Shown piece by piece: positions 20,201 to 27,571 of a stretch of 64,000 nucleotides of DNA. The stretch is taken from IMG/VR virus record IMGVR_UViG_3300020205_000565, positions 1 through 64,000 of that record; one strand, written 5' to 3'. This DNA is from a virus. Below the pieces are notes generated by a model, which was not told the DNA's origin, searched no databases, and worked only from the letters and a program-made list of their open reading frames with translations. How positions within the stretch are numbered: the first letter of the stretch is position 1; every line of letters starts with the position of its first letter. The position numbers and the translations under genes were made by a program.

Positions 20201-21938
20201 CATCGTTAGTTTCTTCAATCTCTTCCTCTATATTTTCCTCATCTAGTAATACCTTGTCGCCATTGCTAGGATCAATAAGTAGAGTAAAGTATGGGTTATA
20301 TCTTTTAAGTTCCCCATCTTCGTCTAACTCCACATTCATGTTTGTGTTCTGCTCCAAGTAAGTCATGTAAGGAACAGAGTCTATATTGAATGTACCATTA
20401 GGATTTCTAGAAAACACTGTAACATTTTTGTTGCTGTTAGCAAGTGGTAATGCTATAATACTCTTTCTATTAAATCCGTCAGGTTGTTTTAAGAAGACAC
20501 TCTTTAAAGTTTCGGCTGCGTCGCTTGCTGAAAGCATGAGGGGTTGACCCTCTAACTTAACATATATTGCTCCGCTACTTTTATCTAGACCATACTGGAT
20601 ATCTTTAACTGAGTTAAGTATGTATGTAGCAAGTATGTCAACCTTCTCTTTGTTGCTTAGAGGTTGGCCGTCAGTTTTATTAACGGATTTCGTTAACATT
20701 TCTGCTAGGTTTGTTGCAACTTCTTCTGATATATTTTTAGGCGCTACTAATACAGGGTACTTGGATAAAGCTGGAGTAACGTATACTCCTGAAAAAGCTC
20801 CCGGCTTTAATTTATCCTTACTATAGAAAGCAAAGCTTAACGGTTCATTTTTAAAAATTCTAGTTTGAAACGGAACCATTTCAGGATTCTTATCTACTAT
20901 AGCACCGTAGCTTCCTCCAGCAATAGAATACATGATGCTATTACCTTCTCTTGCTTTAATGTAATCATAAGCTTTCGCTAGTTGCTCAAATCCACCTCTT
21001 AGGTATTCTCTTGCTTCTTCAAGAGACATTCCTAAGTTCTTAGCTACCTCTGCAGCAGTTTGGGTATTGTTAACGTTATCTACATCGAATAACTTGTTAG
21101 GCCCTCTCTTAGGTAAGAATCGAGTATTGTAATAAGCTAAAGTTCCATTTTTGGTAACTTCTGCCTTATCGTTAAATCGAAGCTCGTTACCATTTTTGTC
21201 AACTAATACGTAGACAAAAGCATTATTATAGTCTTCGATTATATAGTCTTGATCAACACCAGATTCAATAACTTCTTTTACATTAGGGAAGGTATCGTTA
21301 ATAGCGATTTTATTATATCGCATCATCTTAACAAAGATTCCTCCAACTACTCCAGGGTATTCAGTTCCTTTTGCTAATATAGCTTTAGTAATTGTGCTAT
21401 ATATTTTCATTCTAGGATCTCTTGGTGAGCCGGGCTTACCAGATAATATCTCCTGCATACTTGTTGACACAGGATCAAATGGTTTTCTTGTCTCCTGATA
21501 GATCGTAGAATTAGCAGCATTTTTTTTTGCTACGTATTCTTGCTGTTGTTCTTTCTCAAGATCTTCTTTTACTTCAGCAAGGTTCTTAGCTGGATTAACA
21601 GTAACGCCTAAGTAATCTACTACGACTTGGAAACCTTTCTTATCGTCTCCTGCTAGTCTAGCTGTCTTATATAATTCAGCAATATCTAATCCTTGCTCAG
21701 GTAAGTTCTCAAGAGTACTATCTACTCCTAAAAGCTGTTTGATGAAAGGAAGGGATACTCTAGCATAGTCCAAAGCTAAGTTCTGGTTCTGCGTTGCAGT
21801 ATTAACTTGATTGTAGAGACCAGATAGATAATCTTTGAGATCAAAGTTATTCTTGTTATCTACATAAGTCAAAAGATCCTTCGCGATTTTAGTACGAAGG
21901 ATCCTTAATTGTTTATTACTTAGGGTACAGTTAATCAT
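8280..21938 (-). CDS. Virion RNA polymerase (crAss-like double-psi-barrel type), multidomain: SLOG-like, zincin, RNAP, SF1B helicase, C-terminal alpha/beta domain
   Basis: 4552 aa; GGDFDIDK catalytic loop (13209-13223) preceded by RIPVQG; EGDGQG, KKMQYWG and HKFSL motifs; the DFDID variant is characteristic of the phi14:2 gp66-type vRNAP. Confidence 0.92.
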   Translation of the reverse strand: MINCTLSNKQLRILRTKIAKDLLTYVDNKNNFDLKDYLSGLYNQVNTATQNQNLALDYARVSLPFIKQLLGVDSTLENLPEQGLDIAELYKTARLAGDDKKGFQVVVDYLGVTVNPAKNLAEVKEDLEKEQQQEYVAKKNAANSTIYQETRKPFDPVSTSMQEILSGKPGSPRDPRMKIYSTITKAILAKGTEYPGVVGGIFVKMMRYNKIAINDTFPNVKEVIESGVDQDYIIEDYNNAFVYVLVDKNGNELRFNDKAEVTKNGTLAYYNTRFLPKRGPNKLFDVDNVNNTQTAAEVAKNLGMSLEEAREYLRGGFEQLAKAYDYIKAREGNSIMYSIAGGSYGAIVDKNPEMVPFQTRIFKNEPLSFAFYSKDKLKPGAFSGVYVTPALSKYPVLVAPKNISEEVATNLAEMLTKSVNKTDGQPLSNKEKVDILATYILNSVKDIQYGLDKSSGAIYVKLEGQPLMLSASDAAETLKSVFLKQPDGFNRKSIIALPLANSNKNVTVFSRNPNGTFNIDSVPYMTYLEQNTNMNVELDEDGELKRYNPYFTLLIDPSNGDKVLLDEENIEEEIEETNDEKVTKLRAQEQIDLRKAIPNIDDYPDTYGEKQGNMPGVLYGIYKVIYDKYDIIISRLQGTKPTDPRVADIERRKNLISLRERVDNETDQVTAVTVTYVRPFNYNELDAVKPIAQDSYIIKNHGEQKSFDINEYPDPYKAAEEWLDSKYNAELAALKETKPTTENKPEEFVNHSGGAYGGDTFWDLVGREFGVIQHRHYREKANTTLSKQLKAAGVQATVLTEEQMEAARDEVEKLLGKRYPNTTEGNLQVRNYYQVANSDSVFAVATLNKKGDAVTGGTNTAVQLGIKLNKPVYVWDITSESWTKWDGTKFTNTEVPTLTKNFAGVGSRDIESYPMPLEKDASGKVTKWGTTTDTGKYKGKEKEEAASRAIRKVYEKTFGKTKQAPKAAKEVNLPGSEAVKAFKSQIEGATKNDESLIKQRAERQEAVAAGELQVDFRGITALIGVRGKNIRKAFKELLAKGTPLSTINTIEAVLKKASTVYTPVGKDDMTLSLIDRTLKEIGKLDKSNISESELKDVVDSFLIQSPFYYQLGKSVNYDTELSILEGTKTPTDITPVEQKAEEVVQKIEAQQIFRRGRSSADSSALDDLMNDDDFINKNGKNKLGIQGNLKATREQIALAKTWYENSPLKEHIPFKVMFNAINTATKNGIARWDVNGITLFKGSDYSDLYHEAWHGFTQMFLTSVEREKLYDETRSNKGSFVAFDGSTVTFKEATEEQLEEYLAEDFREYMLGKGKKVLDKTPVKKNIFQKIFEFLKSLFGKTNADDVITNGNNNSYTNELYEKLRVGDLNQFTFDQANRVFTTLNKVVTTTTPQDKIGKSKLDYETSQLIGSTVDSLFVEAISKLNGGKTNVFTTAAIRTVKGRITVYKYVLQELTKQLENVYLDRADMEAKGLDTQDIDYELDTLAYAVKHFGKPDEVLKPTGVMKYHMETSKFMEFDDRQLTEMDKVDDSKLAIKNEFESKSGNEMSGKEKASSILLYTIRGLYAYKPDGTVRENRLGFPQLMDPNAAWNRIYNITDGSRNIQDVYNRLAEAAVDYPAIGQFLAKVGLPSNMETSSQELWTEITAILTMKRIPLMALRASFSTQMIEAVDPETGEVLMEGNKPIKEKVTTFKVTPTRAGGEYSKVGAKWDNHFAVAAPGKYITVGADNVNTLNIQAVAENFNRTLSINNLNTVFEFMEAIGMPLENNATVRKALSNKNNPTFKAIYDVHTTILYGIYPYNNKYAGANPIIIRKPSDIVKEYKVAIDDFKVSNKLSGVSIKYNTIQNFHLTWSDDFSDTTVSNAEGENQYEKSLRGTLMNMVDNINAAETLTDLTQEGVSNADDLSMNHLSTSRNPFMKASKIMRRLFDENGKKIVYESSYGDVVRAQIELLNMSGTSVEITNVKGLVNESGIASSNADETTKILQDFYMMMLYGVSEATRHSDKSTTYLYRLIATDPKGKALKHLIDLASFTQRSNSEAPSAGRIQFTKDLFEHLGAEYERIQKLKDGDPAGLATVGDKTYAEAGSEFVIFDKILDETTKTKIKKARTSSLSEPVLTKEDLEKYLNDPKRVELKNSIEQQIGNYLSGQVEEFEQSLADMGFYNNPQLADQVLNKMGVRSPQALTTERREQLLKDMAEAYVANSWVHTLETTLVFYGDPALFKDEADFFKRNSGLGATGGIPRTDIYMQEYINAKLAASSEAARLGFKPKKFGKTMTSAVMQDAKTQSVYYEEYLKEAIEFETDRLTKLKASKEQIAQTIAAITKRFSEYAGMTEGDGQGWINFDAYRALLMSLKKWSPVQESIYNKIVKGEEVTEDVLKFFPVKKMQYWGALKTEGLPVLGFHKFSLMPLIPNIIKGKNLDQLQAKMLEKGIDYALLKSGSKINSLTKNGTVDKFYNDSKSNTNKTLAINEEGFEFTPNEIFMDYFKDQLEVHDHFNEKVTFSTQLRKLIEDGLMENGVPTDWKTFDFADPWERIQAWEAASKEEKMSSKNYKRLIRYEANLEALVQLKKDKLVKEIGSDMKSLLDFVKKELTRQDLSDHEIDFIDYDGITKEPKQSLDLSFSADKIEKLLVAVIQKRLINQKITGETLVQVSGVGFENANNDMRNATEEEIQNYGTNGLTFYRKKADGSTAAMKIKIALQGGFKKLLYHPDVLALAKTGITPIQALNRLIKDENWLDKPINPNQEIYSKAFAKLDNTKGDTKLFVLKSELTPELMSQLTPNTKDGERVKGGEYHGIKILGDYYTHDTVKSKDGANLDIIVVDKVEDAEAQYQAYLAGGAKNFTGVSEIEPVDKNRSFVTLVAARIPVQGLNSMEFMEVFEFLPEEAGNIVILPAEIVAKSGGDFDIDKMFTMMPNISAKYKKISDKSIKAISEEFGRDVTREEINELEEKYADLDNEEAFTDEEVMILELVDNLSEEEITVKLDKSRKSVKGIENALIKDSVGILSMQENRIKLITPNGIDILKGIANDMAFIDRGEAPGGKRSPTEIFELGRNLYKHQSNSIGKAVLGIIAVANTFNTLFARTGLVMSKDRILTYKEDGTEVYADQTLYLPHNNIDGNISLSSAYSADLSNRVADIINQMINGAVDVAKDAWIFDIQGNKEVIPSLLFMIQAGVPIDQAIYFVSQPIIKEFLGKQRLLKSKFAVPIGQEDVGLFHRIEARNEILFNKENGFTNDPSKYLNKRLRGDNPIYDKTLIWELLNESAPKLEDYSKEELKKNLKKKEGEGYNELDRAVFSQFIMIQEMAGQITQLTQALKFDNDKTSTLLDARMKLEKMDNLTNGISAESIRRISEESPISAFKIQDFIIDRYHNLFPLRDSEQVNNMVQNIFRRQGDGKNLSFGIKKATGMDDETLQRTLRNDLMSFLFQRSYYKFNPATKSYQGKDVEVEIEDVKNLKAAARVKEGTLYVDRNQINSLFATKQYSKQSAWQFAAPVDNIVFDMYDPVTGKQLFTKFVFEREVLRSYPENSKENISTTPDYKKYLAHYKNQADEKYTPEYKAYESVLRDKALGNLNLHGHLFYGEKAYGRQIMQLKESNPDLFEKYSVLSNLEAVTKPYTTTTLTNLKFANTLYTADDLNIYHNNLQDLANPSVIKSTDPVENERISNLFQKFGLFSILQSGTDTRSTFSMVRAVPTEMSMALFEKPYKEFTEELKYDEIEQVLRDYQNTFVTSQYLRSNYLSKKIKNWATNPLLAKIADAEGNIPENVIYNLDPEALQRSIEAAAEAERAAEEAEARNVMVGGIPINLTQLGISFTPNDQQVEALNNIAEFISKGFDTTSKDITDNMYTLMGYAGTGKTSITKILLEYLRKRNISNDVTATTHKAKGVLSNAISRQTKTIHNVLALAPNIDPTQVDLEKLNMSIVADGAFPTDVLIIDESSFIGPDLFDFIKQRAEKNQQQVIFIGDPAQLKPVSEEDGNTVTLEKENSPVFKEVTNKSELTQVERQAGDNPLGPILDSIRNNMKSEFPTFGYKSEIIGNQGIVFTDSGKQFAKDVVKAFQSDSFKTNRNFVRAITYTNERVTILNEVIRKGLGYSEPYVVGEILMGYDNYNKNRQGVYSINNSVDYVVTNVEYVESKNVGEKALRDAGLNLQPMVMSGYNITLQDISDSKIKPVEVFILDNSNSEEQFKELGRQSEALAALGNKNRSLFKHWYDFMNSFALNRKVQGDKVDPKTGKLRTVLKKTLDYGYAHTIHKSQGSTYTNIFVDLDTIDISKDAEERNQMKYVALSRATNIAYAFTNKAEGVTPSIDFNNDFDNKTLVPSETGKLYKTEEDIASSKLLSILEDNVTGLRTFRYALDKVSGTAGKGVLTEETARIIRQDYPNALMIFNDFLNLKGNTAGTNSVWRALGDNGFGLSTKVGPSPTKVGSDKINMSDALTDETLDNNKEMIDEAIKDIKEYLAEPGPQKYLVFDDFGYGQYMIGYVENAPTISRPTLKGTAPQTFLYLSEQLYRNFGYINPHYLLLPQGRAVVQEGQPITDDEIIEQNKKC
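9030..10490 (-). other. RecD/Dda-like SF1B helicase domain inside the vRNAP
   Basis: Q motif (NDQQ), Walker A GYAGTGKT (10359-10382), TTHKA, Walker B IIDESS, GDPAQLKPV, LTQVERQ, YTNERV, TIHKSQGSTY, YVALSRA. Confidence 0.93.
17920..18260 (-). other. Zincin-like metallopeptidase domain inside the vRNAP
   Basis: LYHEAWH (HExxH at 18177-18191), EEYLAEDF, then amphipathic FQKIFEFLKSLFG. Confidence 0.85.
19065..19700 (-). other. SLOG/DprA-like (Rossmannoid nucleotide-binding) domain inside the vRNAP
   Basis: NHSGGAYGGD, RNYYQV, SDSVFAV, GGTNTAV, KPVYVWD and FAGVGSR match the SLOG-superfamily pattern. Confidence 0.75.
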
Positions 21939-24900
21939 TATTCGCAGCCAAATGAGTTAGTAAATTCATCATCTATATCTTCGGCAGAATTGTTCTTCGC
22001 CTTTTCCATATCTTCTTTGATAACATCGGTATTGTTGATGTCTGTTGCTGTCTCCATATTAGAATTGGAGTTCTGTTTTTCATCTGCCGTTATGGTAACA
22101 GTTGGTTCAAGCTTCTCAGTACCAGCACGATACATGTACTCGGCACCATTTTCGAATTCGTCATTTGTGATATTCATAACTTCGTCTGAATTAAGTCGTT
22201 TGAATTTAACGGTCCCATTAGTAGTGTTCTTTCCGAGAATTTGTACAATACCGCTTCGGCCGTACGTTTTTCTATCTTTCATTACCACTAAATCGTTCTT
22301 CTCTACTTCTTCAAAGGTAGGAATTTTTGAGGACAATTCCTGCATTTTTCTGTCCATAAGTTCTTTAAATTCTTCAGCAGTCATGTTCTCATCCTCAAGA
22401 ACTAAAGAACTAGTTTCAGTATTGATGTCATCAAGTTCCTCCATAGATTTAGCATTCTCAATGCTCTCTCTTACTTTGCCTTTGTACTTCTCTTTAAGAG
22501 TTGTAGCTTTAGCTTTTCCTGTAAGTACATCTACAATAGGGGAATCAATCTCTAGGATCTGGATGCTTCTTTTAACCTTTGTTTTCTTAGCGGCTGTCTC
22601 GTATGCTCGTATTCTAGCTACGGCATCTTTACCGGCTTTATCAACAATAACATTATCATTAGTGTGGATAAGTACCATATCTGCCTTCTGAGCAAATCTA
22701 CCAATAGTTGTAACTACAGTATCTCCCGCGTTAACAGCGGCTTCCATTTTAGCTAAAGCATCGTCGTAAATCTTTTCGGCTAATTTCTTATCCTTCACGA
22801 ACATCTTATACATGACTGTATCTATCTTCTCGCCCTTAAGATCAACGCCGTTATCGGCCATAGCTTCTGCTAGTAAGGTGTCTCCGTTAATAACGCCTTC
22901 TTTCAGGCTATCTACATCATCTACGCTACTTGCTAAAGTGGTGTATATTAAAAGACCTTTAAACTTATCCTTAAGTTTAGACTTAGGTTTTCCACCCTTC
23001 TTATGTAGTTCTATAGCCGCAAGTGCCTCAGCTTCAGTACTTAATGCAATTCCTATAATCTCTCCATCTTTTGTTACATCTATAATACCATTATCATAAG
23101 TAGTGACTTCATAACCGTCTACCATTTTCTTAGATACTACGTTAGACGTACTCGTACTTGTAGGAGTACCTGTGAGATTATTTCTTTTATTATAACCTTC
23201 GATAACCTTTTTAGCTCTTTCACTTTGTTTAATAAACTTTGTAATCGCGCTATCTGGGATAATTGGTTTATTATTAGTAATCTGCTCTTGGTTAAATATC
23301 TTAAGTTCTGCACGTAATATCGTTTGCAGATCTTTCGGCATATCGTTGAATGGTGTATCTACAGTAATTGCAGCAGCCCCAGTATCAGTTGGAGTAATTC
23401 CTGTGTCATCCGTGCTACCTATAATAGGATTGTTTTCAACCTTATTAGAAATAATACCAATGGCCTCAGTTAAAGCTGTATTAGAAGAACTGTTAACAAA
23501 TCCTAATATCTTAGCTATGAATTGTCTGATTCCATCTAAGACCTCCTGCCACATATTCTTGTTTGTATTCTTATAAGGAATAGCTTCTAGTTCCATCTGA
23601 GCAACCGGATTGGTTAATGCTTCAGATAAAAAGGCTTGTGGACTAGACAACATAAATCTAAACATTGCCTGCAGATTAGGATCCTTTATAGAATCTTTAT
23701 TTGCTTCATAATATTCTCTTGCCGCATCCATAAGATTTGTAGTAGCCTTACTAAACTTGTCGTCTAATAATCCTTCATCTACAACTTTTTGAATCATCGG
23801 ATTTAATACAGAGTATTCTAAAGATACCTGAGCTTCGCCATAGTCCTTTGAAGAATATCTTAAATCTATCGTTATACCCGCAGTTTTAGAATACGTAAAT
23901 GCTTTAGATGCAGTAGAAGCAATTTCTATTTGATCTGTATCTTTAACCGTAGTCAGCATTCGTCGTGCTAATGCTTTGGCCCCAGGCTTACTAAACTTAT
24001 TCTTAATGATATAGTTTAGTAAGTCTTTAGTTGCCACCATTTGACTCTTAAGCTTAGGATCTAATCCTAGAGCTTTCATAAAGTCTTTGTATGTTCTAGT
24101 ATCGTCTTTTTCTGTAAAGTCGTAAGGTCTTTGGAAAGACTCTGCACCTTCCTCAGCAATTTGTTTTCCTGCTAACGTAAATCCATTAGCCTCTTCAAAC
24201 TCTTCTAAGAATTCTAAGATTTCTCTATATTTAAGACTACTTGGTTCAATAGCTTTTTTACTACCAGCATCTATAAACACAGAAGGAATACTTTCTCCCT
24301 TTACAAGTTTATCAATTTCCTCTGGCATAAAGAATACATTGAACTTTGTATAGATCTCACTAAGAAGTTTGTTAGTTTGCATACGAGCACTATAAGTGTT
24401 CCAAGCTTCCTCTAACTTCTTAGCTGCAATTTCTTGTGCAGCTTTAGCAGCAGCACTAAACTTTTTAGACGCTTCTGCAAAATACATAGGATCGTTAAGT
24501 AAGTTAACGTTCATACTAGCTGCTCTTGCATCTACTCCTAATTCTAAATAATCTTCTAAGTATGAGAATACTCTATCTACATCTGTAGATATAATAGGTT
24601 GGCCACCGTCTTCTGAATTCTCAGCAAGTACTTTTAAATACTCTTCTAGGTCAGCCTTAAGTTCTTTTTTAAAATAGTCTACACTACGAGAAGCTGGATC
24701 CGATCCTTCAAAGTCTATTTCTAGCTGTTGAGCACTCGTTCCTATCCCTTTTAAAGTCTTAGCGTTTATACTAACAACTTTAGTTTTTACTTCCCCGTTC
24801 TTATCAGTATACTGGATCGTTACTTTGGTATTTGTCTTTTTAATTACTTTACCAGAAATAGGTAATCCAGATTTTGGTTGGTAACTAACTGTTGAACCTA

Positions 24901-27571
24901 CCGCAATACTTTCATTTGTTGTAACATCATTTTTAATTTCATCAGTTCTTTCTGTACTAGTTGCAGCTTTACGAGCTCTCTCTACCTCAAGACCATGATT
25001 GATCATGCTGTTCTTAATACGCTCTAAAGAATCAAACTGCTTTTGTTTCTTAGCAGAAATCTCTTTCTGTTTAGCATCACCTTGAGCATAGATCTTAATT
25101 TCATCTTTAAGTGTCTCAAGCTCTGCATCTAATTGAACCTCATTAAAAATACTTGTTATTCTTCCCGCTTTAGCTTTTGCTAATACAGGATCTGCTGCCA
25201 CAGCCTCCAGCAAGGAAGCCATACGACTTTGTGCTCTGTCATATGTATATTCATTATATATAGCCTGTTTTCTAGCTTCTTCAAATCCAAAGTAATCTAA
25301 TCTTTCGACAAAATCTTCAGCCTCTGCCGAAAATGGATTTTTAATGCTAGAATATTTTTCGTGACGAGCTTTAATATCATTAGTTTTCTTTAGGATAGAA
25401 TCTAATCTTCCTCTTAGATCTTTATTAAACTCATCTTTATTTCCCGACTCTGACGTATAACCAAATGCTTGAGAAAGCTCGTCATCATTTAGTTTCTGGT
25501 AATCTTCAATTTGATTTGTAAATAAATCAACATACCCTTTATCTAAAAGGGTTTGTACATTACTAAATATTGAATCTTGTACCGCGTCCCCGTGTTCTTT
25601 TTTATCGCCGTTTGCTTCAGCACGATCCATAATTTCTGAAAAGTCTTTCTGAGCTTTAATGTTAGCGCTCATAGGATCAAATACTTTTTTAGGATCTGCC
25701 GCAACATCATTCATGAAGCTCGTGATCTTAGCTCGTTCTGTTTCTCTTTCAGCTTTTTGTCTAGCGTATGCCTCAGGATTTTTACGTTTATTATAAATAT
25801 CTTGTGCAAGTTGTGGAGCAGCCTGTGTAAGAAGAGACTGTGGTCCTTGTACCAAACCTCCCATTAAGAAACCTGATAAGAATGTTTCAGCTCCTTGTCC
25901 ACTTAACTGTGATCCAAATCCTTCAGATAACATTTGCTTATAATAAGCTGTTCCAGCTATCTCCGGGCTAATGTATGAGTTAACATAGTAATCGGTCATA
26001 GCCTTAGAGATAGACTCTTGATATGATTCTTGTAAACCTTCTGCTAAGTTAGCTGCCATATAACGCATACCATTCTTAGCTAAGTTTGCTGGCTTAAACT
26101 GATTAATAGTATGCTTAACATACTTTTTAGTAAACCAGCTCCTAGGGTTAGCTGTATCTATAAATCCTGAAAATTTATTCTTTCCTGCTTTCTGAACTAC
26201 ATTTTCTACCATTGTGCCTAAACCACCTTTAGTAAGTTCTCTAAATGGTTTAAATCCGCCTAGGGCTTTTTCAAATACAATCTTGTTAGAAAAAAATATA
26301 GCAGGTACGTTAGCAAGTGTTGTATTAACTCCAGCCTTCTTAGCTTGAGCCATAATATTATTAAGGTCATCTCCTACTGGAGCTTGTCCTGTTTCGCTAA
26401 TGTGATTTTGAATTAGTTTATCAAATGTTTCATTCTGAACCATTCCTCCTTCTAAACGTGATTCTGCTAAAGCTGTATTCATCATACGGATATCCCTATA
26501 GAATGCTCCAAATGTTTTAGACGTTTTAGCAAAGTCCGTCATCTTATCAAAACCATTTGCTCCAGTACGTAAGTTTTTTACAGTCTCCGTTAAGTCACCA
26601 AAAGGATTTACAAAGTTACCTACGCCATTCCAAAACTTCCGTGCTCCATTAACATCATTAAGTGAGTTACTGGCAGTACTTAATGAATGACCAACCTGTT
26701 CAACAGTTTTACTATTTTTAATTGCATCCGCAGACTTATCAGCAATATTACCCAAGTCTTTAAGTCTATCAAAATTCTTTGCTGTACGCAGTAATGCTAC
26801 TTCACCTAAAGCCCCTTCAGTAAGAGCTGTTGCTCCCCATAACGCTACTTCCTCTGCTACAATTTCTCCAATAACTCCAAAGGTATATGCAGAGTTTGCA
26901 AACTGATTAGTTACAAATCCTCCTACACCTCCTCGAGTTGATGCAGCAATCCCCATTGCTTTAGACATTTCTCTAGCTGCTTTTGTATCTCCGTTTGCAT
27001 TTAATGAGAATAGATCATCCCAGTTATTAAATGTTTGTGATGCCCCAATACCAGCAAGTCCCATCCATTGTCCTGCAGCTCTACTAAAATCATCAGTCCA
27101 AGTACTATTTTTATTATAGTATGCTTCGTTATCTGCAGATGGATTCCAACCTAACTCTTTAAACTTAGGGTGGTTATAGTATCGATCAAAATTAAATTGT
27201 TTTCCTGTTCCGCTTGCTATTCCCCAAACCTTTGCTTGTTCAAGACCTCTGACTTGAGGATATGCTCCAGGCTGATAGTTATTAGCAATAAGTTTATTAA
27301 CATAATCAGACGTACCCGCAGCTTTACTAGGTGGAGCTTGGTTAAAATTAGCGTAGCCACTTTTATACGGTTCGTAAGCATTGGTGCCTAAGTTCTGTGG
27401 TATTCCATTAGGTATTTGTTTACCCATAGATGTTCCCATTATTTGACTAATGCCCGAATGAATCCTTGGCATATTTTGATCTATGTAACTTTTAGCATTA
27501 GCTAAAGCACCTAGATATTGATCTATTGGATCTTGTTTAACATCCGGTTGTATATCAGAAGCAAATCTCAT
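21938..27571 (-). CDS. Giant internal virion/ejection protein, first of the RNAP cluster
   Basis: 1877 aa; Gly/Ala-rich hydrophobic N-terminal segments, SH3/KOW-like beta inserts, degenerate zincin and P-loop-like regions; only Cys is the penultimate residue; TAATG-coupled to the vRNAP. Confidence 0.8.
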   Translation of the reverse strand: MRFASDIQPDVKQDPIDQYLGALANAKSYIDQNMPRIHSGISQIMGTSMGKQIPNGIPQNLGTNAYEPYKSGYANFNQAPPSKAAGTSDYVNKLIANNYQPGAYPQVRGLEQAKVWGIASGTGKQFNFDRYYNHPKFKELGWNPSADNEAYYNKNSTWTDDFSRAAGQWMGLAGIGASQTFNNWDDLFSLNANGDTKAAREMSKAMGIAASTRGGVGGFVTNQFANSAYTFGVIGEIVAEEVALWGATALTEGALGEVALLRTAKNFDRLKDLGNIADKSADAIKNSKTVEQVGHSLSTASNSLNDVNGARKFWNGVGNFVNPFGDLTETVKNLRTGANGFDKMTDFAKTSKTFGAFYRDIRMMNTALAESRLEGGMVQNETFDKLIQNHISETGQAPVGDDLNNIMAQAKKAGVNTTLANVPAIFFSNKIVFEKALGGFKPFRELTKGGLGTMVENVVQKAGKNKFSGFIDTANPRSWFTKKYVKHTINQFKPANLAKNGMRYMAANLAEGLQESYQESISKAMTDYYVNSYISPEIAGTAYYKQMLSEGFGSQLSGQGAETFLSGFLMGGLVQGPQSLLTQAAPQLAQDIYNKRKNPEAYARQKAERETERAKITSFMNDVAADPKKVFDPMSANIKAQKDFSEIMDRAEANGDKKEHGDAVQDSIFSNVQTLLDKGYVDLFTNQIEDYQKLNDDELSQAFGYTSESGNKDEFNKDLRGRLDSILKKTNDIKARHEKYSSIKNPFSAEAEDFVERLDYFGFEEARKQAIYNEYTYDRAQSRMASLLEAVAADPVLAKAKAGRITSIFNEVQLDAELETLKDEIKIYAQGDAKQKEISAKKQKQFDSLERIKNSMINHGLEVERARKAATSTERTDEIKNDVTTNESIAVGSTVSYQPKSGLPISGKVIKKTNTKVTIQYTDKNGEVKTKVVSINAKTLKGIGTSAQQLEIDFEGSDPASRSVDYFKKELKADLEEYLKVLAENSEDGGQPIISTDVDRVFSYLEDYLELGVDARAASMNVNLLNDPMYFAEASKKFSAAAKAAQEIAAKKLEEAWNTYSARMQTNKLLSEIYTKFNVFFMPEEIDKLVKGESIPSVFIDAGSKKAIEPSSLKYREILEFLEEFEEANGFTLAGKQIAEEGAESFQRPYDFTEKDDTRTYKDFMKALGLDPKLKSQMVATKDLLNYIIKNKFSKPGAKALARRMLTTVKDTDQIEIASTASKAFTYSKTAGITIDLRYSSKDYGEAQVSLEYSVLNPMIQKVVDEGLLDDKFSKATTNLMDAAREYYEANKDSIKDPNLQAMFRFMLSSPQAFLSEALTNPVAQMELEAIPYKNTNKNMWQEVLDGIRQFIAKILGFVNSSSNTALTEAIGIISNKVENNPIIGSTDDTGITPTDTGAAAITVDTPFNDMPKDLQTILRAELKIFNQEQITNNKPIIPDSAITKFIKQSERAKKVIEGYNKRNNLTGTPTSTSTSNVVSKKMVDGYEVTTYDNGIIDVTKDGEIIGIALSTEAEALAAIELHKKGGKPKSKLKDKFKGLLIYTTLASSVDDVDSLKEGVINGDTLLAEAMADNGVDLKGEKIDTVMYKMFVKDKKLAEKIYDDALAKMEAAVNAGDTVVTTIGRFAQKADMVLIHTNDNVIVDKAGKDAVARIRAYETAAKKTKVKRSIQILEIDSPIVDVLTGKAKATTLKEKYKGKVRESIENAKSMEELDDINTETSSLVLEDENMTAEEFKELMDRKMQELSSKIPTFEEVEKNDLVVMKDRKTYGRSGIVQILGKNTTNGTVKFKRLNSDEVMNITNDEFENGAEYMYRAGTEKLEPTVTITADEKQNSNSNMETATDINNTDVIKEDMEKAKNNSAEDIDDEFTNSFGCE

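Noticed and set aside
8280-21938. Intein or intron in the giant RNAP
   Set aside because: No internal Cys, no recognisable intein splice-junction blocks, no LAGLIDADG or HNH motif, and the frame is continuous
6220-23000. Isolated KKGG matches in the 1917-aa (DKKGG) and 1877-aa (HKKGG) proteins as members of the GG code
   Set aside because: Single occurrences lacking the paired KAQxG/KYQxG element; compatible with chance in Lys/Gly-rich sequence
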